Assembly (NCBI GenBank): GCA_035716185.1
Contig: DASTJZ010000172.1
Coordinates: forward strand, 16,031-80,030
DNA from: Candidatus Dormiibacterota bacterium
Lineage (GTDB): Bacteria; Chloroflexota; Dormibacteria; CF-121
Direction of reading: 5' to 3'
DNA: 64,000 nt
Shown: positions 8,374-17,974 of the stretch, piece after piece
How the letters are laid out: each line of letters begins with the position of its first letter
Numbering within the stretch: the stretch's first letter is position 1
Notes under the pieces: model-generated
Database searches by the model: none
The model's input: only the letters and a program-made list of their open reading frames with translations
What the model was told of the DNA's origin: nothing
Translations under genes and position numbers: made by a program

Positions 8374-9030
8374 ATGTTCGATCAGGTGGCGGCCGGATAC
8401 GACGTCCGCAACCGGCTGTTCAGCTTCAATCGCGACAGCGCGTGGCGAAGGCGGGCCGCTCGCCGTGCCGCTTTACGCCAGGGCCAGACGGCGCTGGACC
8501 TCTGTACCGGGACCGGAAAGCTGGCGCACGAGCTCCTGAACTATGTCCATCCGGGTGGCCGGGTTACTGGAGTCGATTTCTCGCCGGCGATGCTGGATCA
8601 GGCCCGCCGCGTCGAACCCGGGGTCGAATTTCGCCTGGGTGACATTACCCATCTTCAGGACGCTGACGCCAGCGTCGACGCGGTCACCATCGGGTTCGGG
8701 CTGCGCAACATCGTGGACCGGGAGGCGGCCTTACGCGAGGTGCAGCGTGTCCTGCGGCCGGGCGGACGGCTCGTCATCCTGGAGTTCGCTCCGCCACCAT
8801 CCGGCCCGCTGATGTGGGGCTATCGTCTTTACCTCACCGTGCTGATGCCGGCGGTCGCCGCCCTGCTCAGTCGGGAGGAAGGCCAGGCGTATCGCTACCT
8901 GGCGGAGAGCGTAGAGCGCTTTCCTCAGCCGGCCGAACTGGCCGCTCAGCTCCAGCGGCTCGGCTTCACGGTCACGGTGGAGAGGCTGACGGCTGGCATC
9001 GTCGCCATCCATACCGCAACCAAGGCCTGA
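8374..9030 (+). CDS. menG: Demethylmenaquinone/ubiquinone C-methyltransferase (UbiE/MenG family)
   Basis: The N-terminus is MFDQVAAGYDVRNRLFSF, followed by a SAM-binding LDLCTGTGK motif. The gene is divergent from the LLM-MenA gene. The track ORF from 8095 over-extends. Confidence 0.85.
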   Translation: MFDQVAAGYDVRNRLFSFNRDSAWRRRAARRAALRQGQTALDLCTGTGKLAHELLNYVHPGGRVTGVDFSPAMLDQARRVEPGVEFRLGDITHLQDADASVDAVTIGFGLRNIVDREAALREVQRVLRPGGRLVILEFAPPPSGPLMWGYRLYLTVLMPAVAALLSREEGQAYRYLAESVERFPQPAELAAQLQRLGFTVTVERLTAGIVAIHTATKA

Positions 9031-9037
9031 CGTCGGC

Positions 9038-9682
9038 ATGCCATCCCTGCTAGCGGCTCCAAACCTCCTGAGCTTCTCGAGAATCCTGGCGGCCCCCGTT
9101 CTCTATGCGCTGGTCGTCAGCAGCTGGCGGTACGGCTTCCTGGTGGCGGCGATCGTGTTCGTCCTGGCATCGATTACGGATACCCTCGATGGGCAGATCG
9201 CCCGCCGGCGGCATATCGTGTCGCCGCTCGGCATCTATCTCGACACCACCTCGGACAAGATCCTGGTGGCCGTTTTGCTGGTAGCGCTCGCGGTGACCCA
9301 TTTTGCGCCGGGCTGGATGGCGGCCGTCATCATCGCCCGCGAGTTCCTGGTCACCGGGCTGCGGAGTTACGGCGCCGCCCTTGGCGTTGTGATTCCCGCG
9401 GGCGGCTGGGGAAAGGCCAAGACGTTGATCACGATTGCGGCGCTGCTGCTCGTCCTGCTCGAGGGCGACGCTGCGCATAGCGGCTGGCTCTGGCCTCTCG
9501 ATCCCCCCGGCAGCCTGTTGCTGAGGCCGCTTGGGGCATTCACGTTTCCCGTGTGGGCGCTCCTCGTCTCGGTGATCTGGACTGTCGGGTCCGGCGCCGA
9601 GTACATCCGCGAAGCGATTCCGTTGCTGACCCGTGGGCAACTCGGCAGGGAGCCAATCTCCCACGCGGCCGAGGAACTCTAA
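9038..9682 (+). CDS. pgsA: CDP-diacylglycerol--glycerol-3-phosphate 3-phosphatidyltransferase (CDP-alcohol phosphatidyltransferase)
   Basis: The CDP-alcohol phosphatidyltransferase motif is present (DTLDGQIARRRHIVSPLGIYLDTTSDK). Confidence 0.85.
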   Translation: MPSLLAAPNLLSFSRILAAPVLYALVVSSWRYGFLVAAIVFVLASITDTLDGQIARRRHIVSPLGIYLDTTSDKILVAVLLVALAVTHFAPGWMAAVIIAREFLVTGLRSYGAALGVVIPAGGWGKAKTLITIAALLLVLLEGDAAHSGWLWPLDPPGSLLLRPLGAFTFPVWALLVSVIWTVGSGAEYIREAIPLLTRGQLGREPISHAAEEL

Positions 9683-9693
9683 CCGCGGTCCCC

Positions 9694-10656
9694 TTACCGC
9701 TCCTCCCGGACGTAGGGGACGCCAAGCGACGCCGGCGCGCCGAGCCGCTTGCCGGCCCAACCGGTTGAGACCAGGACGAGCACCACGACCGTCATCAGGT
9801 AGGGAAGGGAGGCGAAGACCTCGGGAGGTAGATGGACCTGCCGAGCTTGCAAGGTGAAGGCAAGGCTGGAGAATGCGCCAAACAGGTAGGCGCCGACCAG
9901 GGCGAGCTCGGGTCGCCAGAACGCAAAGATCACGAGCGCAATCGCGATCCAGCCCGCGCCCGACGTCATCCCATCGATCCAACCTGGCGTGATCGCCAGG
10001 CTGAAGAAGGCGCCGCCGATCCCGGCCAGCGCGCCGCCGATCAGCACGTGGATGTAGCGGTAGGCGGTGACATTGACGCCCATGGCATCGGCCGTGGCGG
10101 GCGACTCACCAACGGCGCGGAGGTGTAGACCGGGTCGAGTCCGATAGAGGTAGACGAGCGTCAATGCGACCAGCACCCAGGACACATAGGTCAGCGCGTT
10201 CTGGTGCAGCAGGATTGGACCCAGCACCGGAACATCTTTTAGCCCCAGCACGTTGATGGCCGCGAATTCGTGGCGGGCGGGCTTCCCGCCCAGGTCGGCC
10301 ACGTGCCCGATGTAGGACGAAAGCCCGCTGGCACCGGCAAAGATCGTGAGAGCCAGGCCCGAGACGATCTGGCTGGCCCGAAGGCTGATCGTCAGGACAG
10401 CGTGGATAAGTGAGGTGGCGGCCGCCGCGAGCGCGGCGACGATGACGGCCATGAGCAGGCTGGCCCACGATGGTCCACCAATGGTTTGCACGGCCCAGAA
10501 ACCGCTGACCGCGCCGATCAGCATCATGCCCTCGACTCCCAGATTGAGGACGCCCGAGCGCTCGGCCAGGAGCTCGCCAAGGGCGGCAAACAGTAGTGGT
10601 GTGCCATAAGCGATGGCTGATGCCACGATCACGACGAGGAGGCTGTCGTTGATCAT
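9694..10656 (-). CDS. ABC transporter permease (BMP/nucleoside uptake family)
   Basis: This is a multi-TM permease starting MINDSLLVV. It overlaps the upstream permease by 4 nt (ATGA). Confidence 0.8.
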   Translation of the reverse strand: MINDSLLVVIVASAIAYGTPLLFAALGELLAERSGVLNLGVEGMMLIGAVSGFWAVQTIGGPSWASLLMAVIVAALAAAATSLIHAVLTISLRASQIVSGLALTIFAGASGLSSYIGHVADLGGKPARHEFAAINVLGLKDVPVLGPILLHQNALTYVSWVLVALTLVYLYRTRPGLHLRAVGESPATADAMGVNVTAYRYIHVLIGGALAGIGGAFFSLAITPGWIDGMTSGAGWIAIALVIFAFWRPELALVGAYLFGAFSSLAFTLQARQVHLPPEVFASLPYLMTVVVLVLVSTGWAGKRLGAPASLGVPYVREER

Positions 10657-11783
10657 GCGGCGCCCACCGGCGCCGGTTTCGTCGCCGGGGGCGAGGCTGC
10701 CGCTCCACGTCGGAAACGAATTCGATAGTGGACCAGGAGCTCGCCGGCGAGCGCGCAAAACAGAATGAGGCCCTGCAGTGTCCCAACCAGGCCTGCCGGA
10801 AACGTCGCCCCCTGCAGGCTGAAGCCGGCATTCGACAAGCCGCCGAGCAAGACCGCTACCACCACCACCGCGAAGGGATTCAGCCGGGCCAGTGCCGCGA
10901 CGACGATGCCCGCATATCCGAAGCCGGCTTGCTGCAGGCCGCGGGGATCGAGCACATGACGGAAATCGCCGATCTCGCTGGCGCCACCGATTCCGGCCAT
11001 GGCGCCCGACAGCGCCATGACGGCCACGATCTTGCGTCGGGTGCGCATTCCCGCATAGTGCGCGGCTTGCCGCGAGTCGCCGATGACGCGAGCCTCAAAA
11101 CCGAAACGCGTCAGGCTGTAGATGAGCCACAGAATCCCAGCGGCGACGATGCCGACCAGAAAGCCGAGCGGGATCGCAATGCCAGCGATTCCGAGTGACG
11201 GCCAGGTGGCGGCGGGTGACAGGTACTTGCCCTGCGGAAAGACACGCGCCGTGAAGGTCGAGAGGTCACGCCAATACGAGTGACTATTGAAGATCAGGTA
11301 GCTCATGACCAGTCCGGCAACGTAATTGAGCATCAGCGAGGTGATGATTTCGCTCGTGCGGGTGTACGCGCGGAGCACGCCCGGGATGGCCGCCCAGGCG
11401 GCGCCGCTGATGATGCCGGCCACGATCATTGCCGGGATGATGATCACGGCTGGCCGATCCGCCAGGGCGATGCCAGCGCCCGAAGCGCCGACGGCTCCCA
11501 GATAGAGCTGGCCCTCGGCGCCGATATTCCAGGTCTGCATGCGAAAGGCGGCGGCCGCGGCGAGGCCCGTCAGCAGGAGCGGCGTGGCGGTCACCAGGGT
11601 GGCGCTCATGGCGCCCTCGGAGAAGAAACCACGATCAAGAAGCCGGCCCCAGGTCGCAATGGGATCGTGGCCGGTGACCAGCAGGATCAGCCCAGACAGG
11701 ATCACCGCCGCGACGAGGGATCCTGCCGGCACCGCGACAACCAGCCAGGGCGCTTCGGTCAGGCGGCGCTCGATGCTGATCAT
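10653..11783 (-). CDS. ABC transporter permease (BMP/nucleoside uptake family)
   Basis: This is a multi-TM permease, coupled to the ATPase gene upstream and the second permease downstream. Confidence 0.8.
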   Translation of the reverse strand: MISIERRLTEAPWLVVAVPAGSLVAAVILSGLILLVTGHDPIATWGRLLDRGFFSEGAMSATLVTATPLLLTGLAAAAAFRMQTWNIGAEGQLYLGAVGASGAGIALADRPAVIIIPAMIVAGIISGAAWAAIPGVLRAYTRTSEIITSLMLNYVAGLVMSYLIFNSHSYWRDLSTFTARVFPQGKYLSPAATWPSLGIAGIAIPLGFLVGIVAAGILWLIYSLTRFGFEARVIGDSRQAAHYAGMRTRRKIVAVMALSGAMAGIGGASEIGDFRHVLDPRGLQQAGFGYAGIVVAALARLNPFAVVVVAVLLGGLSNAGFSLQGATFPAGLVGTLQGLILFCALAGELLVHYRIRFRRGAAASPPATKPAPVGAA

Positions 11784-13312
11784 GCCGCGCCGGCCATCAT
11801 CAGACCGATTTGCTCGATGTGAGCCTGCTGGCGATCCAGGATGCCAGTGATGCGGCCGTTGTAAAGCACGGCGATCCGGTCGGCCAGGGCAAAGATCTCC
11901 TCGAGATCCTCGCTGATCAGCAGCGTGCCGACCCCGCCGTTTGCCGCATCCAGCAGCAAGCCGCGCACCGCATCCGTGGCGGCGACGTCCAGGCCACTCG
12001 TCGGTGAGGAGGCAACCAGAACACGGGGGTTGCCGGACAACTCGCGGGCGAGCAGCACCTTCTGAATATTTCCTCCCGAGAGCTGACGGGTAGGGGTGTC
12101 GGGTGAAGCGGCCCCGATGTTAAATCGCTGCATCAGGCGCAGGGCGTTCGACCGGATACGCCGCGGATGCAGGAAGCCCTGGGTTGAGATGGGCGACTGG
12201 CGAAATGCCTTGAGGACGAGATTTTCTGCGACGCTCAGCGATGGGGCCACCCCAGTGCCCAATCGATCGTCGGGGACGTAGGCGATCCCGCGACGGATTG
12301 CTTCCAGCGGATCTCCGCCCCGGGTTGGCCGGCCGGCGACCAGCACGGTTCCAGCCGTTCGGTGCCGCATCCCCGTAATCACCTCGGCAAGCTCGCGCTG
12401 GCCGTTGCCGGCGACGCCCGCAACCCCGACGATCTCGCCCATATGCACGGTCAGATCGACATCATGGAGCGCGGGCACGCCGAGATCGCCACGAGCGCTC
12501 ACGTTGCGCAGCTCGAGGGCGACCTGGCGGCCATCCTTCGCGGCGCCCTCCTTTTTCTGGGTGAAGACGACGTCGCGCCCGACCATCATGCGGGCCAGCT
12601 CCCGGGTGGTCGTCAGCGCCCTCGGCACGGTACCGACGACCTTGCCGCGCCGCAGCACCGTGACGCGGTTCGAGATGGCCATCACCTCGTCCAGCTTGTG
12701 CGAGATAAAGATGATGGCACGGCCCTCACCGGCCATCAAGCGAAGCGTCTGAAAGAGATCGTTGGCCTCCTGCGGCGTTAACTGGGAGGTCGGCTCGTCC
12801 AGGATCAGGACGCGCGCGCCGCGATACAGCACCTTGAGGATTTCGACCCGTTGCTGCTCGCCGACCGACAGCTGCCAGATCCGGGCCCGGGGATTGACCG
12901 GCATCCGATAGCGGCGAGCCAGTTCGTTGATGCGACCGTCGATGACGTCCGGCTCGAGCAGCAGCCCACGGTCTGCAGCGTCGCGATGTCCGAGCACCAG
13001 GTTCTCCGCGACGGTAAACGAGGCGGCGAGGCGGAAGTGCTGGTGCACCATCCCGATGCCGGCCGCGATCGCGTCGCGCGGCGCGTGAAACTGGACCGCT
13101 TGCCCGCGCAGATAGATTTCGCCCTCGTCGGGGCGGTAGAGGCCGGTCAGGATGTTGGAGAGGGTCGACTTGCCGGCCCCGTTTTCACCGAGCAGGGCGT
13201 GAATCTCGCCCTGAAGGACTTCGAAGTCGATGGCGTCGTTGGCGGTGACGCCGGGGAACCGCTTGGTGATCCCCCGTACGGTCACCGCTGGAGATTGCCC
13301 AGCGGTGACCAC
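11780..13312 (-). CDS. ABC transporter ATP-binding protein with duplicated ATPase domains (nucleoside/BMP-type)
   Basis: Two Walker A motifs are present (GENGAGKST and GVAGNGQ) along with an LSGGQ-like signature. Length is 510 aa. Confidence 0.85.
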   Translation of the reverse strand: MVTAGQSPAVTVRGITKRFPGVTANDAIDFEVLQGEIHALLGENGAGKSTLSNILTGLYRPDEGEIYLRGQAVQFHAPRDAIAAGIGMVHQHFRLAASFTVAENLVLGHRDAADRGLLLEPDVIDGRINELARRYRMPVNPRARIWQLSVGEQQRVEILKVLYRGARVLILDEPTSQLTPQEANDLFQTLRLMAGEGRAIIFISHKLDEVMAISNRVTVLRRGKVVGTVPRALTTTRELARMMVGRDVVFTQKKEGAAKDGRQVALELRNVSARGDLGVPALHDVDLTVHMGEIVGVAGVAGNGQRELAEVITGMRHRTAGTVLVAGRPTRGGDPLEAIRRGIAYVPDDRLGTGVAPSLSVAENLVLKAFRQSPISTQGFLHPRRIRSNALRLMQRFNIGAASPDTPTRQLSGGNIQKVLLARELSGNPRVLVASSPTSGLDVAATDAVRGLLLDAANGGVGTLLISEDLEEIFALADRIAVLYNGRITGILDRQQAHIEQIGLMMAGAA

Positions 13313-13338
13313 TTCAGTGTTGATGATGTCTTAGGGAA

Positions 13339-14436
13339 TCAGCTGCCCTTCGGGTTGCCGACGACCCCCTGGACGAACCAGTCCATTGCGTAGAGATCGT
13401 CGACCGTCAGCTTCTTGCCGTCTGGCACATGGACCGCGCCCGACTGATCCTTGAGTGGTCCGGTGAACTCGTAAAAGCTGCCGCTCTTCAGCGCGTTCAT
13501 TTTGTCGTTGATCTGCTGCTGGACGGAGGCGGATACCGCCTTACCGAATGGCGCCAGGCCGACCAGGCCGTCGGCGATGCTGCCGTAATAGTTATCGGTC
13601 TTCCAGCTGCCATCCATGGCGGCCTTCACGCGCTTGACGTAGTAGGGGCCCCAGTGATAGACGGTGCCGGTCAACCAAATATCGGGCGCATAGGATGATT
13701 GGTCGGAATCGTAACCGCTCCATGGGACATTGACCGCCTTGGCGGCGTCTCCGGTGGCGGGGCTGTCCTGCCCCTGGCCAATCGCGTCCACGCCGAGCGT
13801 GAGCAGGCTCTGCGCCGCTTGCTTCTCTTTCGTCGGATCGAACCAGGTATTCGTCCACACCACCTGCACGGTGGCGCCGGGGTGGGTCGCCTGCGCCCCC
13901 AGCGTGATGGCGTTGATTTCGCGAATGACCTCGGGAATCGGGAAGGGCGCCACAAAGCCGATCTTGCCCTTCTTGCTGGCGGCGCCCAGTGCCATGCCCG
14001 TCAGATAGTCGGCGTCTTCAGCGGCGCCGAAGTATTCGCCCAGGTTGCTGGACGTCTTGGTGCCGGTGGCTTGTTCGAATTTGACGTCGGGATGCTTCTG
14101 CGCTTCGGTGAACATCGCATCCTGGAAGCCGAACGAGGTGCCGAAGATGATCTTGTTGCCGTCGCGGATCAGGTCTTCCACCACCTGCGCAACCTGCGGA
14201 CCCTCGGGGACGTTTTCTTTGTAGGTGGTCTGCACCGAGCTGCCGAGCTGCTGCTGCACGTACTTTCGCCCCTCATCGTGCGCCTGCGTCCATCCGTGAT
14301 CGGTTGTCGGACCGACGTAGATCCAGGCCGCCTTGATCGAACCACTGGAACCGCCCGTCGAGGCCGTCGATCCACCGCAGGCGCCCAACGCAAGCGCAGC
14401 AATCGAGACCACTGCAAATCGAACCGTATTCTTCAT
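13339..14436 (-). CDS. BMP family (Med/TmpC/PnrA-like) substrate-binding lipoprotein of the nucleoside ABC importer
   Basis: There is a lipoprotein signal, MKNTVRFAVVSIAALALGAC. The BMP fold region reads FVAPFPIPEVIREINAITLGAQATHPGATVQVVWTNTWFDP. An RBS, GGGAGAGGAG, lies upstream. Confidence 0.85.
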   Translation of the reverse strand: MKNTVRFAVVSIAALALGACGGSTASTGGSSGSIKAAWIYVGPTTDHGWTQAHDEGRKYVQQQLGSSVQTTYKENVPEGPQVAQVVEDLIRDGNKIIFGTSFGFQDAMFTEAQKHPDVKFEQATGTKTSSNLGEYFGAAEDADYLTGMALGAASKKGKIGFVAPFPIPEVIREINAITLGAQATHPGATVQVVWTNTWFDPTKEKQAAQSLLTLGVDAIGQGQDSPATGDAAKAVNVPWSGYDSDQSSYAPDIWLTGTVYHWGPYYVKRVKAAMDGSWKTDNYYGSIADGLVGLAPFGKAVSASVQQQINDKMNALKSGSFYEFTGPLKDQSGAVHVPDGKKLTVDDLYAMDWFVQGVVGNPKGS

Positions 14437-14506
14437 TTGGCTCCTCTCCCTAGCGCCGTGCCCCCAACTCAAGCGAGCATTTTATCGTCCAGGGCTCGAG
14501 CGGCGA

Positions 14507-15577
14507 TTAGAGACGGACGGCGGTGCGAAGCAGTGCCTTGAGCCGGTCGGGCTGCCGTCGATAGCGCTCCCATTCGGAAGGCAGCTTGGTGGATTTTTCC
14601 AGGATGGCCCAGAGCACCGAGTTCACCGGCGTCGGGACGTCGAAGCGCCGTCCGGCGTCGACCACGGCGCCATTCAGGAAGGAGGCTTCCGTCTTGCCCT
14701 TGCCCCGGCTGAGATCCCACCACAACGACGGCATCTTGTTGCCACGCGCACCGCCCAGCCGGGGCTCCAGGATCATCTGGGCCAGCAGCGGGGGCAGGCT
14801 CATGGCGCGCCGCAGGGTCGGGATCGCCAGCCCGGGAAGCGGGACCACCGCGAGCCGCATCCGGTCCATCACCATGACCGCCTCACGAAATGCAGCCCGC
14901 TCATAGCGGAAAAGCTCGCTGTCGGCGAAGACGTGGCTGGGCGGAAGGTCGAGGATCGCGCTCTGGGCATTGCCCAGGATGTTGGCCAGCAGCTTCGACC
15001 ACTTCATGGCCCGGAAATCCGGGTAGCGGCGGACCTTGAAGCTCGCGTCGTGCAACCTGCGAAGCAGCGGCCCCACATTCACTTCGGGCGAGACGGGAGC
15101 GAGGGCAATGCCGCCACGGCGTGAGTGCAGCTGCACCGTCCCCGGCTCGTCGAGGCTGACCGGAAGGGTCAGGCTGCCGGCGACCAGGGCCTGATCCGGC
15201 AGCGCCGCAGCGATCGCTTCCTCATTGCCCACGCCGTTCTGAAAGCTGCCCAGGATGGTTCCAGGGCGCAGCGCCGGCTGCAACTGGTCGAGGGCATCCA
15301 TCGTGTCATAGCCCTTGACGGTCAGGAAGATGAAGTCGAACGGGCCGCCGGCCTCACCAACCGTCGGTCTGGCGGCCAGCACCGACTGGCTGGTGACCTC
15401 GCCCGCCACTACCATGCGCACCCCGTCGCGCGCCACCGCCTCAACGTGCGGGGCGCGGCCGACCAGGGTGACTTCGGCGCCCGTCCTGGCCAGCCTGGCA
15501 CCGATCATTGAGCCGACGGCGCCGGCGCCGAAGAAGAGGAACCGCATCGGGGGTCCCGCCGGAGCTCGATCGGGCAT
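14507..15577 (-). CDS. panE: 2-dehydropantoate 2-reductase (ketopantoate reductase, ApbA/PanE family)
   Basis: A Rossmann N-terminus is present (MRFLFFGAGAVGSMIGARL). The ATG at 15577 overlaps the plsY stop (TGATG). An alternative start lies at 15547. Confidence 0.8.
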   Translation of the reverse strand: MPDRAPAGPPMRFLFFGAGAVGSMIGARLARTGAEVTLVGRAPHVEAVARDGVRMVVAGEVTSQSVLAARPTVGEAGGPFDFIFLTVKGYDTMDALDQLQPALRPGTILGSFQNGVGNEEAIAAALPDQALVAGSLTLPVSLDEPGTVQLHSRRGGIALAPVSPEVNVGPLLRRLHDASFKVRRYPDFRAMKWSKLLANILGNAQSAILDLPPSHVFADSELFRYERAAFREAVMVMDRMRLAVVPLPGLAIPTLRRAMSLPPLLAQMILEPRLGGARGNKMPSLWWDLSRGKGKTEASFLNGAVVDAGRRFDVPTPVNSVLWAILEKSTKLPSEWERYRRQPDRLKALLRTAVRL

Positions 15578-16200
15578 CAGTGCGTCGTGAGTTTGAGCTC
15601 CCGGCCGGTCGCCAATCGTTCGATGTTATGCCGGTGGCGGTAGAGCACCAGTCCAGTCAGCGCCAGACCCAGGAAAATAACCGACCAGCCCACCGGACGC
15701 CAGATCCACCAGCCCATCAGGTGAAGCGCGATCAGGCTGAGAAGGCCAACCCCCACGGCGACCAGCGACGAGAGCGAAGCCAGATGGGTGAGGCGAACGA
15801 CCAGGAACCAGCTCAGGACGGCGACGATCAGGGCCACCGGCGCGAGCGCCAGCATGACGCCGCCCGTGGTGGCCACGCCTTTCCCGCCCCGGAACCCGAG
15901 GTAGATCGGCCAGGTATGGCCCGCCACCGCGGCCAGGCCGATGGCGGCCAGGGCGATTTCCTGGTCACCAAGCCCGAGCGCGATCCCCAGCATCACCGGA
16001 ATGAAGCCCTTCAGGCCATCGAGGACCACCGTGAAAGCAAAGGCACCTGGACCACCAGCCCGGAAGACGTTTGCCGCCCCGATGTTTCCGCTGCCCAGCT
16101 TGCGGACATCGAGGCCGCGATAGATCTTCATCACGACCCAGCCACAGGGGACCGACCCGAGCAAATAGGCGAAGGCCACCAGCGCGAGCACTTTTGGCAT
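15577..16200 (-). CDS. plsY: Glycerol-3-phosphate acyltransferase PlsY
   Basis: The N-terminus reads MPKVLALVAFAYLLGSVPCGWVV...GSGNIGAANVFRAGG. Length is 207 aa and the protein is multi-TM. Confidence 0.9.
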   Translation of the reverse strand: MPKVLALVAFAYLLGSVPCGWVVMKIYRGLDVRKLGSGNIGAANVFRAGGPGAFAFTVVLDGLKGFIPVMLGIALGLGDQEIALAAIGLAAVAGHTWPIYLGFRGGKGVATTGGVMLALAPVALIVAVLSWFLVVRLTHLASLSSLVAVGVGLLSLIALHLMGWWIWRPVGWSVIFLGLALTGLVLYRHRHNIERLATGRELKLTTH

Positions 16201-16276
16201 GGGAGGCGTCCCGGAGGACGCTCTCCACTATAGATCGGCGGGTTGGGGTATGTCAGCAGCCGCCGTTATCACATTG

Positions 16277-17455
16277 TCAGGCGGAAGGCAGCTCGAATCG
16301 GAATTCGCTACCCGATCCGGGGCGGCTATCCAGGAGCACCCGCCCTCCATGGGCGCGCGCCACCTCCTGCACCAGATAGAGGCCGATCCCCAGACCGACG
16401 AGATGGGCGGTCGCCTCGGTCTCGATCCTGGAAAACCGCCTGAACAGCTGCCCCTGCTGGGCTGGATCGATGCCGAAGCCGTCATCGAGCACGCTCACAG
16501 TCCAGCCGCTGGCCGATTTGTCGAGCGCGACATCGATCCGGCCCGTCGGGGCCGGCCGGAAGCGCACGGCATTGTCGAGCAGCTCCCGAATGGCCAGGTG
16601 CAGCCAGTAGCTGTTGCCGCGGACCGGCGCCGCCAGGACATCGAGCCGCAGATCGATGGCCAGGTCGGGAAAACGCCGCTGCTGGTCCTTCACGATGGGC
16701 TCGACCAGCTGGGCCAGGTCGACCGGCTCGGTTGGCATCGAGGGACTGAGTTCGTCGAAGCGCCCAACGAGGCTCATGTCCATGATCAGGCGGCTGAGGA
16801 GCCGGCCCTTCTCATAGATCCGCGTTCCCGCGAGTTTCTGGTGCTCCGGGCTCAGCCCGCCCTGGGCGAGCAGCGAGCCGTACCCGATGATGACGCTCAG
16901 CGGCGTGCGCAATTCATGGGCGGCCACGTTGAGAAACTCGGTCTTTGCCGCATTCATCTCGCGCAAGCGGGCGACGTCCAGATCCTTGGAGCCGGCGGGA
17001 CGGGGCATCAGCCCGGTCAGGCAATATTCCGTCGACCGGCCGTCGGCCTTCAGCGGACGGATGAACCAGTCCCAGCTCTGGCCATCGATGACGACCGTCG
17101 CTGTGGCTGGCCCGCCGCTCTCGGCAACGACGCGGTAGGGCCGTGGATCCGCAAGCGGATGCGTGGGCGGCAACAGGGCGGTAATCGTGAGCCCGGCGGC
17201 ATCCGGCCGGCGGAAGACCTGCGCCATCGAATCGTTTGCGGCGAGGACCCGCCGCTCCCGAGCATCGAGAACCGCCAGCGGGATGGGGATCGCCTCGAGG
17301 ACTTCGACGACCGGCGTGGCGAAACGTTCGGAGAGCGCCGTCTCGAGTAACTGGGCAAGCGCTTCAGCGCGCCGATCCAAACGGATTCCCTCCAACTCGC
17401 TGATAGACTGGTCGACGGCCGTGGAAGACCCCGACAAACTTAATGATGAAACCAA
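16277..17455 (-). CDS. Sensor histidine kinase (PAS-like sensor plus HisKA plus HATPase_c)
   Basis: The H-box reads EFLNVAAHELRTPLSV. The ATPase region contains NAVRF...GFGI...GLGIGL and ends GSGSEFRFELP. Confidence 0.8.
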   Translation of the reverse strand: MVSSLSLSGSSTAVDQSISELEGIRLDRRAEALAQLLETALSERFATPVVEVLEAIPIPLAVLDARERRVLAANDSMAQVFRRPDAAGLTITALLPPTHPLADPRPYRVVAESGGPATATVVIDGQSWDWFIRPLKADGRSTEYCLTGLMPRPAGSKDLDVARLREMNAAKTEFLNVAAHELRTPLSVIIGYGSLLAQGGLSPEHQKLAGTRIYEKGRLLSRLIMDMSLVGRFDELSPSMPTEPVDLAQLVEPIVKDQQRRFPDLAIDLRLDVLAAPVRGNSYWLHLAIRELLDNAVRFRPAPTGRIDVALDKSASGWTVSVLDDGFGIDPAQQGQLFRRFSRIETEATAHLVGLGIGLYLVQEVARAHGGRVLLDSRPGSGSEFRFELPSA

Positions 17456-17897
17456 TTATCAGCGATGCTTTGCCTGCGGCCCGCGAAACGATTCGGGGCT
17501 AAGACTGCGGTTCCGGCGCGAGGGTGATCGCATCCTCGCCGATTACCAGCCGCAAGAACGATTCCAGGGGTTTCCTGGAGTCCTTCATGGTGGCGTGCTC
17601 GCCACCATGCTCGACGAAACCATGAGCCGGACGGGCGCGTTACGCCGCGAATGGCTGATGACGGGCAAACTTGATATCCGCTATCGCCGGCCGGCGCCCG
17701 TCGATCAACCGCTGCTGGTCTGGGGCGAGATCCGCCGCGAGCGCGAAGGCGCCGTCGATGCCGTGGGGGCGGTCGAGCTGCTGGACGGCACCGTCGTGGC
17801 CGATGCCCGCGGCATGTTCGTGAGGCTCCCGGAAACCCTGGCGACCGCGACGGTGGCCGAATTTCCGGAGTTCATCAACTACTGGCAGCCGCAGTAG
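17421..17897 (+). CDS. PaaI/hotdog-fold thioesterase
   Basis: A Zn-ribbon-like CFACGP motif is followed by a hotdog core (FPGVLHGGVLATMLDETMS). There is no in-frame ATG; GTG at 17421 is the closest start but would overlap the divergent kinase gene start. Confidence 0.65.
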   Translation: MEDPDKLNDETNYQRCFACGPRNDSGLRLRFRREGDRILADYQPQERFQGFPGVLHGGVLATMLDETMSRTGALRREWLMTGKLDIRYRRPAPVDQPLLVWGEIRREREGAVDAVGAVELLDGTVVADARGMFVRLPETLATATVAEFPEFINYWQPQ

Positions 17898-17974
17898 CTT
17901 CGTCGCGCTCTCACCTCTTCAAGCCGGAGCATGAAGAGTTTCGTGGTACGCTGCGGCGCTTCATCGACAAAGAG

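Noticed and set aside
16199-17350. 383-aa plus-strand ORF antisense to the histidine kinase gene
   Set aside because: The kinase frame has H-box and ATPase motifs. The antisense frame has none.
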